Origin: Oculina patagonica
Taxonomy: Eukaryota
Assembly (NCBI RefSeq): GCF_052425735.1
Contig: NC_135763.1
Span: forward strand, 11,718,001 to 11,782,000
Direction: 5' to 3'
DNA length: 64,000 bases
The notes under the pieces were generated by a model. That model saw only the letters and a program-made list of their open reading frames with translations. It ran no database searches and was not told the origin of the DNA. Below, piece after piece: positions 58,067 to 64,000 of this stretch. The first letter of the stretch is position 1, and every line of letters begins with the position of its first letter. The translations under genes and the position numbers were made by a program.

Positions 58067-61000
58067 TTTTTTTTGGACATAAAAACGCGCGCTACTGGTG
58101 GCCGCTGTCTGGACGCAAAATTTAAATTTAGATTTAGACTCAAAAGGTGGTCAGGTGCTTCTGAGCTGGCCTAGAAATTTTTGACGATTCGGTCAATCTC
58201 CTTTCTAAAATAGAGTGAACTTCACCACTGATATATATACATCTGAAACTTAAGAAACCACATAAGCAAGGATGGTGACTTGTGGAATAAGGTCTTTAAA
58301 ATTAAACATTGAAACGTGACACAAATAAAGTCTGGTGCTCTAGCCGTGATTTTTTTTTCTTTTTTCTTTAACGCCAAAAAATGAGAGAAAACGACAATAG
58401 CAACATTTTTACAAAGTGCATAATTTTTGCAAAGACGGAGAAAGTTATTGTTGGCTTTTTTTGGCATGAATGACAAATATAGCCTGAGTAATCGTGTTAT
58501 AATTAAGTGAATGGTCTGTAACCAGGGACGGATCCAGAAAATTCAGAAAGAGTGTCGGCGAGAGTGCAACCTCGCCCCATACCCACAACACAACCCTAAT
58601 TGCACATTAACACGCGAAGACGGTTGGTCACAATGTTTTTTTTTTTCCAAGGAAAAAGTGGGGACCGCAGCATCCCTCCCCCTAAAGAGAGAAAATCTGC
58701 CCATAGTAACTGAGGTGAGATTTGTTGTCTCTGTTTGTGGCTTTTGATTTTGTTTTTTTGTTTTTTTTTTACAACCTGAGAATTATTTTGTTTATTTGTC
58801 GGTTCTGATGATTGCATGTTTTACACTTCAGCCAGTGTCAGGTAAGGTTTTACACGTAATTTTTTTTCAACTCTTCTTTTAAAAGCGAGGCATTAGTTTT
58901 TTCTTTGTCAGCAGTCTAACACACGTGGGTGAGCGCGACGTTCTCTGAACTCTATGTATAAATGAAAAAAAATGTAAATACTACGCTGTAGTGAAAAAAA
59001 CTATAGTATTTACATTTTTTTTCATTTATACATTCAGCACCTACGCTGCGCAGGGTTTCAAATTTTTATCACTAATGTTCTCTGAACTCTCCCGATCGAG
59101 ACGAGTAAATCGTCTGGGAATTACAAGTTTTTCTGTAATAACAACAATTTGGTGTTATGGTGAACTGTTTATACAGGACTAAGTCGTTCCTGCTTTGCAG
59201 GCTCAATCACATAAGACGGAATTAAGCCGTGGATTTCGCACGAAAGAACGAAACCTTCTGAAATCAATTTAGTTGTGGTCGATGAAAGTAACAAAACAGT
59301 TTTCCATTCCCTACGTTGATTTCATTGACAGTGTGGAGTTTTCTTGGGAGCAGTAACGCCAGATGTGAAGTGGAAAAATGTTGCATTCACCTTTTTCTTT
59401 TTAATCCTAAGCTAAGCAATCTAAACATAAAACACAAAAAATAAAAGGCCGGTGAAAGAAAAATGTAAAAAAATATAAATAACTGTCTCAAGACACCAAA
59501 CAAACAAATACTATACCGTAACGGACCAAAAAATCATTTACTAACTTAGTATTAGAAAACATGGGAAATCTCTCAGAAAATAAAAACTTGAATATGGACT
59601 TAAGGAATAAGGTTAAGCTTTGAAACCACTGAAAAAATCTTACCATGGGGTACACGAGAGTTAAAAGTTTTGTAAGCCCTTACTATATCACTTGATTATG
59701 TGCACTTTGCAAGCTCGAGCAATAATATTAAAGAAAATCGTTTACATAACGCAAAAATCCTTTAAGTCCAGTACTGCTATCCAATGAAAAAAGGGCTTTA
59801 AAAAGTTTTGTGAAACATAAACAGGGATTAAAGCTAGGCCTGTTAGTAAAAAGATGAGTCTATTAATTAGCACGAGTTTAGATAAGTATGAACTAGAATC
59901 TAAACCAAGGAGGTCGTACTTCTTGTTACCCAAGCCGGTGTCAAGCGAAAGCAGTGTGGTCGACTACCAAGTGCAGACCTGTATTGTTGTTTTTGTTGTT
60001 GTTGTGTTGGTCACGTTTGTTTGGTTTTTTCTTTGTTTTTATTGCCTTGCTGTTGCTGTTGATGTTGTTTTTAAGACGAAAATAGACGATCCTAAAATGA
60101 CACACTAATATGGTATGTACGAACCAGATGACTGGTATTTTTTTTAAAAAGCTATTATCTGTTACAACTGAGTCCTTTTGCAGAAGACGTAGTGTGGACT
60201 AATACGCCAGAAAGGACGACTGGTTTATATTCTCTCGTAAGCTGCTCTTGGCTTTTATTCAGCACAAAAGGCGTGGTAAACCGCGAGAAAAATGGCTTAA
60301 AAAGAAATTGATTTTTTTTCTAGAAACGTCATTCTTTCCCCCAAAAAAGATATCTGCAAGTATATGTTCTATTAAATAACATTTCAGTGTAATTATAGCA
60401 ACAATTATTAGCAATCAAAAATAACCTTTGGCATTTGGATGTAAATAAATTGCTAGCGATGCTGATTTCTCTCATCAATGGACCTCAAGTACTTAACGAA
60501 CACAGCTGTAAACAAACCTATAGCACACACAATTCTGGGCACAAGACGTGTTCAACTTATGACCTCGTGTTAACGTGTCCAGGCTGATAAAACTTTAAAT
60601 AGACAGTTAACATCAATAAAGAAAACAAAGACGTGCACTGCCGTTAACGACTGCCAAAATAAAAGTGTCAACGAGGCTTATTTTGAGCGAGGCAGTTTAT
60701 GTCACAATATGCTTAGTCACTTTTCTGACGCACAAAATTACTTTCAAATTGAAGGAGACCTCGAAATAATAGTTTTACTAAAGTAGAAACATCTAAGAGG
60801 TAATAATAAAGTAAAAATAAACAAAAAATAGATGGATAATACTAAGGAGGGTTAAGAAAAATTACGAATGGCAAGTTTGAAAAAATTGGCCGAGTTTTTT
60901 AAGATCCGCCGTACGTGAACTAGCTTCCTTAAAGGAACTGTGTCATGGATTTTAGCCTAATTTAGGCATGAGAAAGGACCATCAAATTTGGTGAAATATA

Positions 61001-63732
61001 AAAATAACGACTGAAAACAGTTAAGGAACATTTCGATTACACAGTAAATACAAAAAAAGGTACGGATGGCCAAAAGTGACGACGATTGAAACAGATTGCG
61101 ATATGGGTTTTTGAAGTTGTTTGCATGTAACTTTGAATTATAATGCCCGGGAGACACATTTGGTTGCAAAAGAAGCTATGGTTTTGTCATTTATAGATCC
61201 ATCGTGAAGTCAATTCTTTGCAACCATTAAGTTTCATATAGCGCAGAGTATTTGGCAAAACGAAAAAAAATAAACTTAACTCAGCCGTGTGAATGTTTAT
61301 CTCAACATGGTGGATTGGTTTCTAAGAAAGCCATTGCAGTGCTATTATTAGCTCAAAGTTAGTTCTGCAAAATAGCTAGTACAAGAAAATGTTTCAATTT
61401 TGTGCGGAAAATTAGATATAATGAACTCCCTTTCTTTCTTTGTAGGCTTTAGAAGTTGCCGTTAGCCCTTCGATCTCTCTCAGAGTGCTCTCGAAGCTAG
61501 TTTTCAAGGTTTACGTAGTTAAAGAAGTTTGATAACACCTAAAGGTCACTGAGTAACTATAGAGACACATTCAGCTGTAACCGCAAAATTGTAACACCGC
61601 TTCAGGCAAAACAGCAGAGATCCACGGTCAATCACGCAATTTCATTCAGCGATTAAGTTTAGCAAAAGTGAGCCAATAAAATCACTTACACGACGAAAGA
61701 AGACCATAGAACAAATCCGTTATTTTCTTTTTCAACGAACGTTCGGCTACGATAGCGGTCAAAAAAAAAAAAAACTTTCCGGCCTAGCTAGCGGACGTGC
61801 TAACTTTGCATGTACACATGGGTACTTGTCTAAACCTGTTCGATTTACGTATATGTAATAAAAGGCATTTTGCGTGCAAAATCGCAAGAGGGCGGGAAAC
61901 CGGTGATGTATCAAAGCTGCAATACACAATTTCACGGAATCTCAAATTGATTGGAAAAAGAAAACAGGAACTGCTAAATACAGTTCACACTTTAATACAT
62001 ACAAGTAAGTTAAAAATACTGCGTGCTTAATCTTACTCTCCTATGAACAATAAAATTAGTGTGAAGTAAAAAATACAATTAATTACAATCTTTCAAATAG
62101 AAAAGAAAGTAGAATGTATTTTTAGGGTTACTTGGACTGGCTTTTTAGAATGACAACACAACTTACAACGGAAAAAAGGGAGAAACTCTGTAAATACTTG
62201 GCCTGGTAAAATAGGTTTTCACGCAAATTTGGATTTAAAAAAACCTTCTTATTAGCACCAATTGAAATAACCCCGGGAGTATTTTATTGCCTACTAATGA
62301 CGAATTTCTCAAAGCGTGGGAAACCATTTGGGCGCAAATTCTGAAGCTATCAAGCCTTCGGTTTTTTTTTCACACATTGTTCACAGGGTAAACACAGTTC
62401 TTTCAAGACACTTTGTTGGGAAGAAGACTAGACTGGAACGATAGTTGGGTATATGCTCGAATTTTGCATACAGGTGGATACACTATTTGGTTTAGCCCGT
62501 CGTTAAGAGTTTTTTTTTGCTGATTTTTTCACTATTACAAGGTCTTGAGGCTTTGCTAAACGTAGCTCGCTCCTACGTTCTCCGCTATCATGTTTTCCAA
62601 TTATGCGCGTACGGCGGTTCTGTCTCTCTACCCATTCTTCCTTCTAGTCTAGTGACGTAGTCTTAAAACCGAAAAAGTTTTTATAAAAAAAGACTGTTAA
62701 CATAAGTCAAACGACGCACCTCAAACGTGAATCTCCACTGATATCCAAGAGTCCTGATTCGCACCGTCTCTAGCATTCCTGTATATCTCAATTGTCGAAC
62801 CACCAAGTCGCGATCGAATGTCATAGGTGCCTAAAAACAACGGGAAAACGATCAATTGAATTGCTTGCGTAAACAAAACTCATATAAATATACAGCTATA
62901 AGAGCAGATAGGTAAAAACTTTCAGTCGTTGAGGGTTTCGTAATTTTATACTTGAGGACGGACTTGTTTACCTTCTCCGCGTTAGATCTGATGCAGCGAA
63001 CGAAGAATGGCTGAGCCTCTTCCAGGAGTTCCACGAGACGACTAAGAGAGGACTGGAAGAAAAAGAAAATAACACCGAGTTCAATAACGACAAATGACAT
63101 TTAAACCTCCACCATAACCCACCTCTCTAAAACGGCTAGAATGATTTCGTTCTGGCTGCCAAACCACACACTTACTCTTACTAAAACCAACGCCCCCTGG
63201 ATGACCTTTACACAACGGCCAAGAAGTGACGAAATATATAAAATTTGCATTTTTCTGTTAGTTTCGTCTAAAACGAACATAAAATTATTAAAGTGTCATA
63301 GCCATCTAGCCTCCAGTACTAAGCATCAGTCTCGCTCGAGTATCGCGCTGCATGCCTATACTATTCACAGCCCTCTATTTTCTGGTATGTTTCTACAATT
63401 GTTGACCGCTGGAAAAGGATCGCCAGAGAGACGTCAGCGAAAACGGGGAGGCTGTAAACAGTCAACTGCGTGCCCTGCCTTGCTACACCTCCCATTCTAC
63501 AGACTATAGTCAACAGCCTTGAATTTCGCTCTTCATCAAAGCCCAACCGCACCATCTCAGGCATTATAAATTGTACAATGAACGGATCAAGACAAACCTG
63601 GAACTGTGCACTGACTGTAGGTGGGTTTTTGGGCGTGCCTTTGCCTCGTTGCATTGTCCTGAACAGGTAATCGAACGTCCGAACAGTCATGTCCCGTTTG
63701 GTTTCTAGACCTTGACGAATCTTGGACAGGGG
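36833..63732 (-). CDS. MYO9: Unconventional myosin-IX (motor C-terminal part, 4 IQ, tail, C1, RhoGAP, C-terminus); 5'-partial, 26 exons, ~1113 aa in window
   Basis: Exons (-): 63732-63598, 63052-62972, 62830-62720, 54779-54654, 53466-53317, 52606-52431, 51716-51645, 51298-51119, 50379-50319, 49872-49335, 48540-48401, 47869-47753, 47006-46849, 46484-46457, 46010-45963, 43753-43648, 42942-42860, 42401-42305, 41980-41900, 41321-41193, 40706-40601, 39935-39804, 38910-38784, 38427-38339, 37657-37497, 36942-36833. All GT-AG with compatible phases, total 3342 nt. Motor motifs [19 protein letters not shown] and [14 protein letters not shown]; motor + IQ + C1 + RhoGAP is the class IX architecture. Confidence 0.93.
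37236..37298. repeat. (GATT)n microsatellite
   Basis: Imperfect tgattgattgatt run. Confidence 0.85.
37722..38005 (+). mobile_element. Full-length tRNA-derived SINE with CORE-like central domain; fragments at ~10055-10225, 25310-25390, 26570-26720, 27590-27770, 42465-42690, 43030-43180, 50060-50235
   Basis: A-box-like tggcctaatgg head, core gtgcctctctccacccatgtgtataaatgggtacc, and target duplication ctttacactagattg (37706-37720 / 38001-38015). Confidence 0.85.
38784..42401 (-). CDS. MYO9: MYO9 RhoGAP-domain exons
   Basis: [32 protein letters not shown] (arginine finger), [38 protein letters not shown]. Confidence 0.92.
39134..39681. mobile_element. Kolobok-like palindromic MITE (fuller copy)
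   Basis: Same TIRs and TTAA duplication as 23122-23505, with long inner inverted arms (39208-39350 vs 39465-39604). Confidence 0.8.
40813..41123. mobile_element. TIR element, copy-B specific
   Basis: tctatggaggtatat..atgacaaaatt / aattttgtcat..atatacctccataga with long inner inverted segments; absent at ~24100. Confidence 0.65.
42860..43753 (-). CDS. MYO9: MYO9 C1 zinc-finger exons
   Basis: [49 protein letters not shown] split over two exons. Confidence 0.92.
45079..45177 (-). CDS. Candidate alternative first coding exon of a short MYO9 (C1-RhoGAP) isoform
   Basis: ATG at 45177, 33 open codons [33 protein letters not shown], donor TTG|GTATGT, phase 0 matching the C1 exon. CRE/CCAAT/AP-1 motifs lie upstream at 45260-45355. 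Confidence 0.5.
45240..45360 (-). promoter_or_regulatory. Putative internal MYO9 promoter (CRE, CCAAT, CRE/AP-1 composite)
   Basis: TGACGTCA at ~45260, ATTGG at ~45290 and TGACGTGAGTCA at ~45344, just upstream of the candidate exon 45177-45079. Confidence 0.4.
45600..45835 (-). mobile_element. tRNA-derived SINE, second family (V-domain-like), 5'-truncated; another copy at ~50480-50715
   Basis: On -: cccgggttcgaatcccggacccaacgtcatatatgggttgagtttgttgttggttctc...ggtttttctccgggttctccggttttcctccc. Confidence 0.8.
47044..47201. mobile_element. Tigger/pogo-like MITE remnant
   Basis: gaacctctatataacgaa ... ttcgttatatcgaagttccactg|ta. Confidence 0.55.
47929..48001. repeat. (ACA/GCA)n microsatellite
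   Basis: agcagcagc...acaacaacaaca run in an intron. Confidence 0.85.
51899..52392. mobile_element. pogo/Tigger-like MITE
   Basis: TA|cagtcgaagctctc ... gagagcttcgactg|TA with many internal cgtaagcgg repeats. Confidence 0.85.
52431..53466 (-). CDS. MYO9: MYO9 neck exons with four IQ motifs
   Basis: [38 protein letters not shown] and [13 protein letters not shown] across exons 53466-53317 and 52606-52431. Confidence 0.9.
52737..53048. mobile_element. MITE with 9-bp target duplication (Mutator-like)
   Basis: ttgcagaat|cattctcgtccccatagccctttcgtttctc ... gagaaacgaaagggctatgggcgcgagaatg|ttgcagaat. Confidence 0.85.
53532..53730 (+). mobile_element. tRNA-derived SINE, second family, with intact head
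   Basis: A box TGGCGCAGTGG, B box GGTTCGATTCC, followed by the same body as 45600-45835. Confidence 0.85.
53860..54218. mobile_element. TIR element with taacgcg internal repeats
   Basis: ataggaattaacgc ... gcgttaatttcctat ends. Confidence 0.55.
55457..55688. mobile_element. PIF/Harbinger-type MITE
   Basis: TTA|aggcgctttccatttgtcagaact..ccggc ... gccggctagttctgacaaatagaaagcgccc|TTA. Confidence 0.75.
56608..56688. repeat. Adjacent poly-C / poly-T tract
   Basis: ~29 C followed by ~48 T. Confidence 0.85.
57551..57649 (-). CDS. Candidate alternative first coding exon of a headless MYO9 isoform
   Basis: ATG at 57649, 33 open codons [33 protein letters not shown], consensus donor AGG|GTGAGT, phase 0. 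CpG-rich upstream region. Confidence 0.5.
57700..58000 (-). promoter_or_regulatory. Putative internal MYO9 promoter with NF-kB, ETS and CRE-half sites
   Basis: GGGAATTTCCC at 57880-57890, ACTTCCGG at 57967-57974, TGACGT at ~57917, and a CpG cluster inside an AT-rich intron. Confidence 0.4.
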
Positions 63733-64000
63733 CTACAAACATAAATACAAGGTTTAAATGAACAATAGAATCCCAGAAGTTCGTGTGTACAGCGCGCTTC
63801 TTGAAACCCTTACCTATTTTCAAAATTATGACCCAAAGTTCGAAACCTATCTCAGACCAAGCCTACCCATTTTTTTTATATTATTATTATTTTGGAATGC
63901 TTTGATACACTCTGCAATTACAAAGAATTGTTCGTATTTACAAAACTCTTACTAGTACTTCTTAACTGTCTCAATTGTAACAGACTATAAGAAGGGGGGA

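Overview
This is AT-rich eukaryotic genomic DNA with introns and dense MITE/SINE content. The repeat families and gene content suggest a cnidarian, probably a stony coral (inference). Two spliced genes converge tail-to-tail. (1) On +, a RING-less TRAF gene with 5 coding exons (8683-19062, ~432 aa: three TRAF zinc fingers, coiled coil, MATH/TRAF-C domain). (2) On -, the 3' part of a class IX myosin (MYO9): 26 exons from 63732 to the stop at 36833, ~1113 aa, covering the end of the motor, 4 IQ motifs, tail, C1, RhoGAP and C-terminus. Its 5' end lies beyond the window. A ~12 kb block spanning both 3' ends is tandemly duplicated (~17186-29025 and ~31410-43790). The inner TRAF last-exon copy is frameshifted and interrupted. 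The inner MYO9 copy keeps 8 perfectly spliceable C1-RhoGAP exons, shows an excess of synonymous changes, has a charge-remodelled C1 loop and gains a new stop created by a deletion. Most notable observations: a capping-protein-interaction (CPI)-like motif at the MYO9 C-terminus; the apparently still-constrained duplicate C1-RhoGAP cassette that lacks this motif; and two candidate internal first exons with promoter-like context (one with a canonical NF-kB site) that would give headless MYO9 isoforms. All exon models were read by eye from splice signals and reading-frame continuity; no transcript evidence was available.
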